64,000 nt of DNA from Candidatus Aminicenantes bacterium. GTDB lineage: Bacteria > Acidobacteriota > Aminicenantia > Aminicenantales > JAFGBC01. The position numbers and the translations under genes were made by a program. Of the stretch, positions 1-8,602 are shown piece by piece. Numbering within the stretch: position 1 is the first letter of the stretch; each line of letters begins with the position of its first letter. The notes beneath the pieces were generated by a model. That model saw nothing but the letters and a program-made list of their open reading frames with translations, had not been told where the DNA came from and made no database searches. The stretch spans positions 3,968,001 through 4,032,000 of the forward strand of contig OY969696.1 of assembly GCA_963702005.1 (NCBI GenBank), read 5' to 3'.

Positions 1-285
1 TCCAAGCTCACTAAGAAAAACCAGACCACGTTGCCGCGGGCCGTGATTGACGCCCTAGGGGTGCGGCCTTCGGACCGAATCGTCTATGAGATTCGGGAAG
101 GAAGCGTCGTTCTTTATCCCAAGACGGGAAATCTTGCGGATCTCAAGGGAAAATTCAAGCCTCGGGTTCCGCCTAGGGAATATCCCGTCTCCGTTGAAAG
201 AATGCACGAGGCGGTTCAAGATACCGCGGCCGAGACGGCGGCGGGCTATAAGCCTAAACGAAAACGGTCCCAAGGATCCAGGTAG
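1..285 (+). CDS. AbrB/MazE/SpoVT-family antitoxin (VapB-type), 5' partial
   Basis: Frame is open from base 1: SKLTKKNQTTLPRAVIDALGVRPSDRIVY matches the AbrB N-terminal pattern; lies directly upstream of a PIN toxin. Confidence 0.85.
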   Translation, partial: SKLTKKNQTTLPRAVIDALGVRPSDRIVYEIREGSVVLYPKTGNLADLKGKFKPRVPPREYPVSVERMHEAVQDTAAETAAGYKPKRKRSQGSR

Positions 286-287
286 CC

Positions 288-680
288 GTGATAGCGCTCG
301 ACACGAACGTCCTGGTTCGGCTTATCACCGAAGACGATCCCCTTCAAGCCCGCCGGGCCGAAAAGCTTCTCAGGGGCGAGAAAGGGCTGTTCTTTCTTCC
401 TGATCTCGTTCTGGCTGAACTCGTCTGGGTGCTGCAGCGATCCTACGAATTTACGAAAGACGAAGTACGGTCGCTGCTCCTCGCTCTGCTGGAGCGACGC
501 GACGTTGTCTTCGAGGATGAAGAAGGGATTCGAACCGCCCTGCGCGCCTACGAAGAAGGCTTGGATTTCGCGGACGGCCTGATCATCGCCCGCACGCGCG
601 CGGCCGGCTGCTCCCGGCTGGCCAGCTTCGACGGACGGCTCAAGGCCCACGATCCCCGTTTTGTCGTTAAACTATCTTGA
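288..680 (+). CDS. vapC: PIN-domain toxin (VapC family)
   Basis: IALDTNVLVR, LAELVWVL, DFADGLI and SFD PIN motifs; 130 aa. Confidence 0.9.
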   Translation: MIALDTNVLVRLITEDDPLQARRAEKLLRGEKGLFFLPDLVLAELVWVLQRSYEFTKDEVRSLLLALLERRDVVFEDEEGIRTALRAYEEGLDFADGLIIARTRAAGCSRLASFDGRLKAHDPRFVVKLS

Positions 681-689
681 CCTCTAACG

Positions 690-762
690 GCCCAACGTTC
701 GCGTTCACCCGCGCCGGCACATGATGACGCCAGCCGGCGTCGGGTGCAACGCGGTGTTAGAC
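690..762 (-). mobile_element. Integron attC site (intact)
   Basis: Minus strand R'' GTCTAAC ... R' GTTGGGC; arms CGCGTTgCACCCGaCGCCGGC / GCCGGCGCGGGTGAACGCG pair over 19 bp with two extrahelical bases. Confidence 0.88.
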
Positions 763-772
763 GGCAGCGGTG

Positions 773-1276
773 TCACGGCGCGAGGGCCAGGCGTTCTGCA
801 TGACGACGCACAAACCACTCGGCCAGCAGCGGCCGGTATTCTCTCTGCGTTTCCGCCGGGAGAAGGAAGAAGTCGCCAACGACCGTGCCTAGACAGCGAC
901 TGGAACCACAGTGGCACGGCCAGGCACTCCCACCGGAGTTGTTCACGTTGTAGTCGATGGTGATTTCCTCGCCTGCGGCGATAGTCCGGCGAGCGATCAC
1001 GTAGCAGGCCTCCGCCTCATAACGCACGTAGGCATTGGGATCGCACGAGTGGTTGAGGTGCCGACTCGGAAACCCGATCAGGACGACCTTGCCATCTGGA
1101 TAGTCGCAATGGTCGAACCGTTCGCCCAGTTCTTCGCGGAGCGGTGCGTCCGCAGTGATCTCGCGGACAACATTGATCCGATGGATAGACTCGCGCTCCT
1201 GAAAGCGGCGACACGCGAACAACCCCAGGCCTTCGATGGCGGACCGCTTGACGGTGACGGCGTCTGGTTGACCCAT
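773..1276 (-). CDS. SET-domain protein-lysine methyltransferase with post-SET motif, in a gene cassette
   Basis: GLGLFA, LNHSCDPN, EEITIDY, CHCGSSRC; likely ATG at 1276; the cassette opens with GTTAGACGGCAG (1313-1302), complementary to 756-767. Confidence 0.88.
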   Translation of the reverse strand: MGQPDAVTVKRSAIEGLGLFACRRFQERESIHRINVVREITADAPLREELGERFDHCDYPDGKVVLIGFPSRHLNHSCDPNAYVRYEAEACYVIARRTIAAGEEITIDYNVNNSGGSAWPCHCGSSRCLGTVVGDFFLLPAETQREYRPLLAEWFVRRHAERLALAP

Positions 1277-1479
1277 TGTTGAGTGTCTCGATTCGATGTT
1301 CCTGCCGTCTAACAATGATTATATAGTTTCTCTATAACACCCTTTGCCGCCAAATTGCGGCATAACACGCCGCGCTCGATCTCGTCGTAAACCCTGTGAT
1401 TACTACTCCGCAGAACGCCTGCGGTGGTAGCCCGGGATGATATATGGTTTTCGTATATATCCCCCTTTAGCATGATTAG

Positions 1480-1509
1480 AGATTATCATTCTGATTTTAA
1501 AGATGTCAA
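1480..1509 (-). promoter_or_regulatory. Putative sigma70 promoter facing the cassette (Pc-like)
   Basis: TTGACA followed by GATAAT (16 nt spacer) or TAATCT (18 nt spacer), about 170 nt upstream of the cassette start. Confidence 0.45.
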
Positions 1510-1578
1510 GAGCCCAAACCGGTCCGAAAACAAGGCATGTTCCGACTGCTCGAAGACGCGGGAATACGGCACCCGATT

Positions 1579-2232
1579 TCATTCGCCGAACATCTCGGTG
1601 ATAAGCCGCCGGAGGGCGGAGGCCTCGTCATTGGAGAGAGATTCGATCCTTGGGCCTAAGCGACTTTTACTGACGGTTCGGATCTGATCGACCGCGACCT
1701 CAGCCGGCTGGCCCGCGCACTGAATCGGCAGCCGGCATCTCCAGGCCGGATGAAGCTGGCTGGTGATCGGGCAGATCGTCACGGTTTGAAGCCGCTTATT
1801 CAGGTCATCCAGGCTGACGATAACCACCGGTCTGGTCTTGGCCATTTCTGCTCCACGAGCGGGATCTAAAAGCGCCCAGCGCACTTCATAGCGTTTGACG
1901 GCTTCCTTGCGGGGGTGGAGCTTCGATCCGTATGGAGTTCTCTTTTCCCTGACCCTCCTCCCTATCGACGCTTGCCAGGGGACAGAATCCAATCCGTCCG
2001 TGTCCAAAACGTCCCATTCGCTCCAATCTTGGTTCGCGGCCGACATCTCCCGGGCCGTATCTTCCCAACTGAGCTTCTCGACGGCAGGTCCCGCGGGCCG
2101 GAGAAGGATCCCCTCGGATCGTTCTTCCATGACCAGCACGGAACCCACGGCATATCGTTTCAACGACGAGGCCGGCAGGCGGACCCCACGGGAGTTTCCG
2201 ATCCGAGCGACTTTCAGCTCCTGGGTTTTCAT
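1579..2232 (-). CDS. In-frame fusion of AbrB/MazE antitoxin and PemK/MazF toxin
   Basis: N-term KVARIGNSRGVRLP (MazE-like); C-term LDPARGAEMAKTRPVVIVS...CPITS...VDQIRTVSKSRL (MazF-like); no stop between them. Confidence 0.85.
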   Translation of the reverse strand: MKTQELKVARIGNSRGVRLPASSLKRYAVGSVLVMEERSEGILLRPAGPAVEKLSWEDTAREMSAANQDWSEWDVLDTDGLDSVPWQASIGRRVREKRTPYGSKLHPRKEAVKRYEVRWALLDPARGAEMAKTRPVVIVSLDDLNKRLQTVTICPITSQLHPAWRCRLPIQCAGQPAEVAVDQIRTVSKSRLGPRIESLSNDEASALRRLITEMFGE

Positions 2233-2259
2233 TTTCGGCCCTCCTTTGATTAAACTTCG

Positions 2260-2296
2260 ATGTTATTACTGTAGTTACATTGGGGAGGAATGTCAA
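2260..2296 (-). promoter_or_regulatory. sigma70 promoter with overlapping palindromic operator for the mazEF fusion
   Basis: TTGACA-17 nt-TACAGT; imperfect palindrome ATGTTATTACTGTAGTTACAT covers the -10. Confidence 0.65.
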
Positions 2297-2463
2297 GGCC
2301 TGAATCAAATCCTTAGCGCTACTTCTTGAGAAAGAGCCACGTCCACGCCCGCAGCGACGGCATCATCCTCCGCGTCAACGGCTATGCCTTTCTCAAGCGA
2401 AAGGGACGACAGCCGGCCCTGGATTGTACCGGGATCAAGACGGTTAAGGACGATCACTGTGTT

Positions 2464-2507
2464 GCGGAGCGTAGCGGAGCGACGTCGGTTGCGACCCGTT
2501 GCTAGGT
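2464..2507 (-). mobile_element. Degenerate half attC site
   Basis: ACCTAGC AACGGGTCGCAACCGACGTCGCTCCGCTACGCTCCGC overlaps the stop codon and resembles an R''-L'' arm; no R' arm. Confidence 0.4.
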
Positions 2508-3428
2508 TTTGCTGCTATGCTCCACAGTTATGACTACATTTCCCTTTTTGTGCCCTATTTCGACATACCTGTGTGCCTCGATAATTTGTTCCAAGGGATA
2601 GCGTCTATCTATGACCGATTTTATTTTTCCTGCCTCAATAAGCTTTTTGAGGAAGACTAGATCTTCGGTCTTTTCCTTTCCTGAAGATCCCAATACAGAA
2701 AGAAAGACTCCTTTCTCATTCAGCGATCTCTTGCTTCGTGAAGACGAACTCTTGCCTACCGCGTCAAAAATAACATCATAGGTCTCGCCACTTTGGGCAA
2801 AATCCTCTTTAGTGTAATCAATGACCTTATCCGCTCCCAGAGCTTTCACCCACTCTAGATTCGTGGCACTGCATACCCCCGTAACCTCTGCTCCCAAATA
2901 CTTTGCAATCTGCACCGCAAAAGAACCTACGCTTCCAGAAGATCCATAGATCAGAACTTTCTGCCCCTTCTGGATGTTTCCTTTTCTAAGAAAACGTAAT
3001 GCTGTAGGTCCCCCAACAGGAACGGCTGCGGCCTCCTCAAAGGTCATATCGGTCGGTTTAACTGCCAGCATCCCGTCTTCAGGAAAGCATTTGTACTCGG
3101 CATAACCACCAAAACTCACTCCGAAGGTAGATGCAAAAACCTGATCGCCTTTCTTAAACAGCTTTACATCTTTGCCTACGGATTCAATTTCCCCGGCTAA
3201 CTCCATCCCCAGTATAGATCTCTTCGGTTTTCTAATACCTAAATATATTCGCGCGAAGAGCCATTGCCCGCGAGGAACTCTAAAACTTCGCATTCTCACA
3301 TCCCCTGCCGTTACTGTTGTTGCACAGACTTTCACAAGTACTTCATTTTCCTTGGGGGTTGGTTTTTCTACTTCTTTGAGCTGAAGAACATCCGGTGGCC
3401 CATATTTTGCGTATACAATCGCTTTCAT
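2502..3428 (-). CDS. NAD(P)-dependent alcohol dehydrogenase / quinone oxidoreductase (MDR family)
   Basis: [37 protein letters not shown]; visibly AT-richer than the backbone. Confidence 0.92.
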   Translation of the reverse strand: MKAIVYAKYGPPDVLQLKEVEKPTPKENEVLVKVCATTVTAGDVRMRSFRVPRGQWLFARIYLGIRKPKRSILGMELAGEIESVGKDVKLFKKGDQVFASTFGVSFGGYAEYKCFPEDGMLAVKPTDMTFEEAAAVPVGGPTALRFLRKGNIQKGQKVLIYGSSGSVGSFAVQIAKYLGAEVTGVCSATNLEWVKALGADKVIDYTKEDFAQSGETYDVIFDAVGKSSSSRSKRSLNEKGVFLSVLGSSGKEKTEDLVFLKKLIEAGKIKSVIDRRYPLEQIIEAHRYVEIGHKKGNVVITVEHSSKT

Positions 3429-3610
3429 GAGTCTTCTCCAAATTTACTTTGGTGTCGTCTTCGCGCTGTTGCCCATCATCCCAACCCAAGATCTGAAGCT
3501 CTTCAGGGTCGGATCAGCTTTAAAACAGGCTCGAGGCGCGGTCCGGGGACATTATCAGCTCTCAGTTCTGCGGAAAGCGCTCGGCGATAATCCGGGGACA
3601 GGGTTGAGCG

Positions 3611-5710
3611 TCACCGTATAACGATCTCGACCATGCCGAGCTTTTCCAGGAACTTTATGTAATTTTCGACCTCGACGACCGGGATCGGTTCGTACTCCGC
3701 CGAGACGGCGTCCCGGATCTCGAGGATCGACCGCTTCCCGTCGATGAAATTGCGGGCCTCGAACTCGCCCTCGCCAAGGTTGTACTTGGGAAGGTCCTTC
3801 CGCCCCCGGATCTTGTCCCCGAGCCGCCAGAAATCGAGGATCGTGCCCATCTTGGCCGTCCGGCGCGGCACGAGCCCCGCCAGCCGCGTTTCGTCTTTGG
3901 TCGGAGAGGGCAGCACGGCCGGCTTAACCTTGAGGGCGGCGCAGCGCCTCGCAAAAACGCCCTCGAGGTCCTGGAGAAACGGCCCCTCGATTTCAGCGAA
4001 GGCTTCGACCTTCTTCTGGAGGGCCGCTTCGGCGGAGGCGTTTCCCTTGGCGAAGAAGCGGATGGATGCCAGAGCGTCCTTCTCCCTGGCCACGGACTGA
4101 CGGACGACGTTCAAGGCTTCCTTATGAGCGGCGGCAACGTCCTTGGCGCCGGCCGCGGCGATCATCCGCTCGGCCCTGAGCCTCTCCTTCCCGATTCGTG
4201 CCGAAGCCCGCGCCTGAACCTCGCCCGCGATCCGGTCGACATCCTCGGGGCCGGCGTTGGCCAGGAACAGGGCGGCCGCCGCTCCCAAAATCCCGACCCG
4301 CTTGAGCTGGGTCGAGTCGGACTTGTCGGGGGTATCGCCGCTGGTGTGATACCACATGTCGGGCCAGACGATGAACATGACCGCGGGGACGCGAACGCCG
4401 CCGTCGATAAACACGACGTGATCGCTCCCGCCCGTGAAGCGGCTCACGGAGCAGTAGAACGGATCCCGCGTCCCGGTCGGGGAGGCGATCAGATACGGCA
4501 CCCCCCAGGTCTCGGTCGAGTTCCTCTGAGTCAAGCCCATCCACTCGACGAAGGACTCGACGACGTCGCCCAGGTAGCTGGGGATCGAATAAGGCGACCG
4601 TTCGAGATAGAACGTGCCGTTGTTCTTAACGATGGCCTCGCCGACCATGTCCTCGTTGATGTTGGCGAAAAAGCGGCGGGCGACATCGGGATACTTCTTG
4701 ATGTAGGCGGCCGTCCCGTCGATCTCGGGCACCATCAGGAAGCGGACCGAACGGCGCAGGGGCGGGATAAGGCCTTTTTCGGTCAGCGTCTTGAGGGCCC
4801 GGGCCGTCTCGAGGATGGCGACGCAGCCGCTGACGTCGTCGTTGGCGCCCTGCTTGGCGAAGCCCTCAAAGAGGTGGGCCGTGAAGACGAGCTCCTCGTC
4901 GGGACGGTCCTTCCCCTTGAGGACGGCCTCGACCATTTCTTCCTTGTAGGGGACCATCCGGGTTTTGACCGAGGCCTTGAGCACGATCTTGACGCCGCGC
5001 TCGAGCTGGTCGCGGAGCTCCTGGCCGGTTCGCTGGGAGACCATGAATCCGAAGGTCTTGGCGGCCTTTTCGGAATTATCGATATGGCCCCAGCCGACCT
5101 CGTCCTGGTCGAATTCGGGATGGGACGAGGAAAAGCCGACCAGGCCGACCGCCCCGTATTTCTCGACGGCCAGCCTCTGGGCCCGTCCGGGCGAGCCGTT
5201 GACGAGGGCGATTTTTCCCTTGAGCTTTTTCCCCTGGTAGCCCTCGGCCTGCCAGCCGGGGCCGACGTAGACGAGCTCGGCCGTGACCTCGGCCGAGGAG
5301 CTGCCCGGGCAGATGGAGGCAGCGATCTCCTTGAGGTCCGCGATTTTCTCCTTGGAGGGCTCGATCATCACAAGCTCGGCCGACTCGGCGTCCCAGGTCT
5401 CCTTGTCCTCGGTCGGAAGGTCGACGATGGCCGCATCCTTGATCCCGTATTCCTTGAGCCTGTCAATGAGGAAGCTGGTCTCGAAGTAGCCCTTGAAGTA
5501 TTCATCGGGCTTCCGGTTGCGGTTGACCCCGCTCAGATAGATCTCGTTCTGGAGGGCCAGGTCTCCCGACACCTCGAGGATGATCGAATCCAGGACGTCG
5601 AGGGAGAGGAGGGCGGGCGGGACATCGCTCCTCTGCTGGGCCGGGACGGGAACCGCGAACGCGGCGATGAGAAGAAGAATGAGGCCGGGGCCGAAGACCT
5701 TCCGATTCAT
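3611..5710 (-). CDS. M28-family aminopeptidase with PA-like insert (DUF4910-like), secreted
   Basis: Signal peptide; TAH, GANDDVSG, PEIDG, GSDH and YHTSGD motifs. Confidence 0.85.
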   Translation of the reverse strand: MNRKVFGPGLILLLIAAFAVPVPAQQRSDVPPALLSLDVLDSIILEVSGDLALQNEIYLSGVNRNRKPDEYFKGYFETSFLIDRLKEYGIKDAAIVDLPTEDKETWDAESAELVMIEPSKEKIADLKEIAASICPGSSSAEVTAELVYVGPGWQAEGYQGKKLKGKIALVNGSPGRAQRLAVEKYGAVGLVGFSSSHPEFDQDEVGWGHIDNSEKAAKTFGFMVSQRTGQELRDQLERGVKIVLKASVKTRMVPYKEEMVEAVLKGKDRPDEELVFTAHLFEGFAKQGANDDVSGCVAILETARALKTLTEKGLIPPLRRSVRFLMVPEIDGTAAYIKKYPDVARRFFANINEDMVGEAIVKNNGTFYLERSPYSIPSYLGDVVESFVEWMGLTQRNSTETWGVPYLIASPTGTRDPFYCSVSRFTGGSDHVVFIDGGVRVPAVMFIVWPDMWYHTSGDTPDKSDSTQLKRVGILGAAAALFLANAGPEDVDRIAGEVQARASARIGKERLRAERMIAAAGAKDVAAAHKEALNVVRQSVAREKDALASIRFFAKGNASAEAALQKKVEAFAEIEGPFLQDLEGVFARRCAALKVKPAVLPSPTKDETRLAGLVPRRTAKMGTILDFWRLGDKIRGRKDLPKYNLGEGEFEARNFIDGKRSILEIRDAVSAEYEPIPVVEVENYIKFLEKLGMVEIVIR

Positions 5711-5779
5711 GATTGTCTCCTTTGTCTAATGATCCGCTTCATTCAATGTGCCGAGTCGTGAAGATTCTTGGCGATTTTC

Positions 5780-7822
5780 TCACAGTTGCTTTCTGATAAC
5801 GCCTCCCCCATCCAATCCGAGATAAAGGATTTTTTGGGCTTCATTATAGGCTAGGCTCATGCATTCCCTCAAGGAAATATCGGCATAACTAATGCTGTCC
5901 CATGTCTTCCCCCGGTCCTTGCTTACCTGAACCTCATTCCCTCCGACGATGATCTCCCCATGCGAGCTCTTGGAGATAAACATGGCATGGGCAGGCTGCG
6001 TTAGAAGCTTTTTCCAGCCGGCCCCGCCGTTCCCGCTCTTATAGAATCCGCCGTAGCCGCAGCAGAGATAAATGTTGTTTGTATTCAGAGGATCGATTTT
6101 CATATCATCGATGTCGTCGAAGTCACCGGCCTTTGTGTTTCCCCAGCTGGATCCGCCGTCGATGCTTTTGACGAGTTTGCAGCGATTCGAGGCGTAATCC
6201 AAATAGCCCATGTAAATAACCTTTTCGCGGACGGGATCTACGGCAATGGCCCGGGCATAGGAATCGGCCGAATTCGCCCGGACCGTCGTCCAGGTCGCCC
6301 CGCCGTCCTTGGAAAAAAATAGAGCCAAAGCGTTATATGAGCCTTGAGGCCCGCTGGCCGGGACCATCCCCGCGCAAAAAATATGTTCGGGATTCCGGGC
6401 AGACCGGTAAAGATCCTGCAAAGTCCCGGATTTGAGCTGCTTGAAAGTCCTTCCTCCATCTACAGACCTGTAGATGCCGTCGCCCGCTCAGCCCCCGGAC
6501 AGGACAATGACATCCTTGGCGTTCGTGGGATGGACCGCGATCTTGAAGTATCCGCCGCAGTTGCTGAGCTCGGTCAGGCGCTCCCAAGATTTTCCGCCGT
6601 TCGGCGTCTTAAAAAAACCAAGTTGGCGGGCTTGGGCATAGAGAATATCGGGGGCGGAGGGAGCCGCCGCAACCGCGGGGATGACGGACTCTCGGATTCC
6701 GGAATGAGCGGCCCGCCATAAGAGCCCCCCGTTAGTGCTCCGAAAAACGCCTCCGAGCGATCCGAAAAAGACCGTTTGTCCAGGATTCGGTCCTTTATCG
6801 ATGACGAGCATTTTCAAGCATTCCCCGTAAACGCCGGAGGACCGGACCCAAGCGACGCCGCCGTCCGAGCTTTTTGAAACGGAATTGTCGAAGTCCGCTC
6901 CGGCATAAAGAATATCGGGATTCGAGCCGTCGACGGCAAGGTCGCCGGCATCGAAGCTGGTCGCGGTTGTCTGCCAAGTCAATCCGCCGTCCTGGCTTCT
7001 CTCGACGCCGAGGCCGGTTGCCACCCAAACCCGATTCGAGTCGCCGGGATGAACGACAATGGAGTACGCAGAATAACGATCATCCCAGGGCAAAATACGC
7101 CAATCTTCTCCTCCGTTTGTGGATTTGAAGATCCCATACTTCGCCGTATGCGGCCCGATGCCGTAATAGCCGTCAATATATAGAACGTTAGGGCTGGAGA
7201 GGCTCATGGCGAATCCCATGGTATCGCCATAGTAGGATCCCTTGCTGACGAGATGGGTCTTCCAGGTTTTTCCGCCATCGACGGATTTAAAAAAAGCGAT
7301 GCCCTCCCGCCAGGGATTCGAGCGGTAATCATAATTTCCTGAAGCATAAATAATATTCGAATTCGAGGGATGAACGAAGACCTTGCCCAAGCGTCCGCTC
7401 CTGCCGGCTCCAAGAGAATAACGCTGCCAACAGGGTTGCCCGCGTTCATGCGCGTCCGCCTCTTCGGCGCCGGTCAGCGATATATAAAAGCCCATCTCGC
7501 CCAACGCATAGGCGATTTTGGGGTTTTTCGGATTCAGCGCAAAATCATAAATCGTATCCGGGATCGAGGAGACCTTGGACCAGGTCCCCCCTCCATCGAG
7601 AGTTTTATAGACCGTTACCGAATATTCTCCGACAACGGCATAGACGACCTTCGGCTTGGCGGGATGGTAGGCCAAAGAATGGACTCGCCCCCCCTCCGGT
7701 CCGGCGCCGACCCAAGGACTCGAGGAGGATGACCTCGATTGCAGGGAAGCCGCCGTGATCGCAAATCCCAAGACTATCAGGACAACCCCCTTCTTGGGGA
7801 TTGGCTTGACTTCCATGGTCAT
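5780..7822 (-). CDS. Secreted BNR/Asp-box repeat beta-propeller protein with in-frame UGA (candidate Sec445)
   Basis: ORFs 6488-7822 and 5780-6421 share one frame; read-through gives LSGG*AGDGIYRSVDGGRTF; repeated SxDGGxTW motifs on both sides. Confidence 0.8.
6457..6490 (-). promoter_or_regulatory. Putative bacterial SECIS element
   Basis: UGA + 11 nt + CAUCUACAGGUCUGUAGAUG perfect hairpin; its apex CAGGUCUG is the same as in the E. coli fdhF SECIS. Confidence 0.72.
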
Positions 7823-7975
7823 TCACCTCAACTGAACATGCTTGACGGCAAGATGACCTTATCATGACTCAACCTTAGTATCAATCCCCGACTCATGGAT
7901 CCCATTAGGCTAAAAAATTACGATAGGCGGACGGGGCGAATTTTGGTATAATCTCCCTGGCCAAAGGAGGCTCGG

Positions 7976-8557
7976 ATGGTAGCGGTTTCAACCCTGAAAA
8001 TCATCGTCCTGGTCCTTCTCGCCCTGTCCCTGTTCAGCCTGGTCCGGATCTTGATCCATAAGGAAAAAGAGTCCATAATCCGGGCCCTTATCATCTGCGC
8101 CGCCTTAGGCGCGATCATGTTCGGGATCTCAACTATCAAAGCCGAGAAGGTTTCCGTATCCCTCGGACAGCTCAAGCGCCTCATCTTCCCGGCTAAAACC
8201 GAGGAGTGGGAATACATCGTGGATAAGGGGAGTTTCCAGGGAAGGCCGCAGACCCGCTACATATTCCCCGAGCCGGGGCCGCAGCTCAATCTCACCATGG
8301 ATCCCCAGGGCGGCACCTTCAGCATCACCGACGTCAGCGTGGTCAACACCGTCCTCGAATACCTCGGCCTTCCACCCGTCGAGGAGGGCGTCCCGGAGCT
8401 GTCCACGATCACGGGGTCCTCGCTCAACATCAACACTTACCGCTGGGACGACTATCCCCAGGGAATCCTCATCCTCGAGCGAGGCCTGTGCCGGAAGCTC
8501 GACACCCTCAACACCTACCCCTGCATAGCCAGCATCACGATCCGGGCGCGCGGCTGA
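7976..8557 (+). CDS. Hypothetical membrane protein (two N-terminal TM helices)
   Basis: AAGGAGG RBS; two hydrophobic segments. Confidence 0.7.
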   Translation: MVAVSTLKIIVLVLLALSLFSLVRILIHKEKESIIRALIICAALGAIMFGISTIKAEKVSVSLGQLKRLIFPAKTEEWEYIVDKGSFQGRPQTRYIFPEPGPQLNLTMDPQGGTFSITDVSVVNTVLEYLGLPPVEEGVPELSTITGSSLNINTYRWDDYPQGILILERGLCRKLDTLNTYPCIASITIRARG

Positions 8558-8566
8558 GATTTCGCT

Positions 8567-8585
8567 GCCGTCTTCCCGACGGCAA
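8567..8585. terminator. Hairpin between convergent genes
   Basis: TGCCGTC-TTCCC-GACGGCA. Confidence 0.4.
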
Positions 8586-8602
8586 CCGCAAAGAGAACTA
8601 GC

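Noticed and set aside
4124-5761. Long antisense ORFs (also 17930-19399, 37089-38507, 47334-48962, 53820-55616, 56349-58169)
   Set aside because: Shadow frames of GC-rich genes with clear motifs on the opposite strand; no recognisable domains
8555-8590. TGA followed by a hairpin as a second SECIS
   Set aside because: The loop (TTCCC) lacks the G/GU apex and read-through would run into a convergent gene; better explained as a terminator
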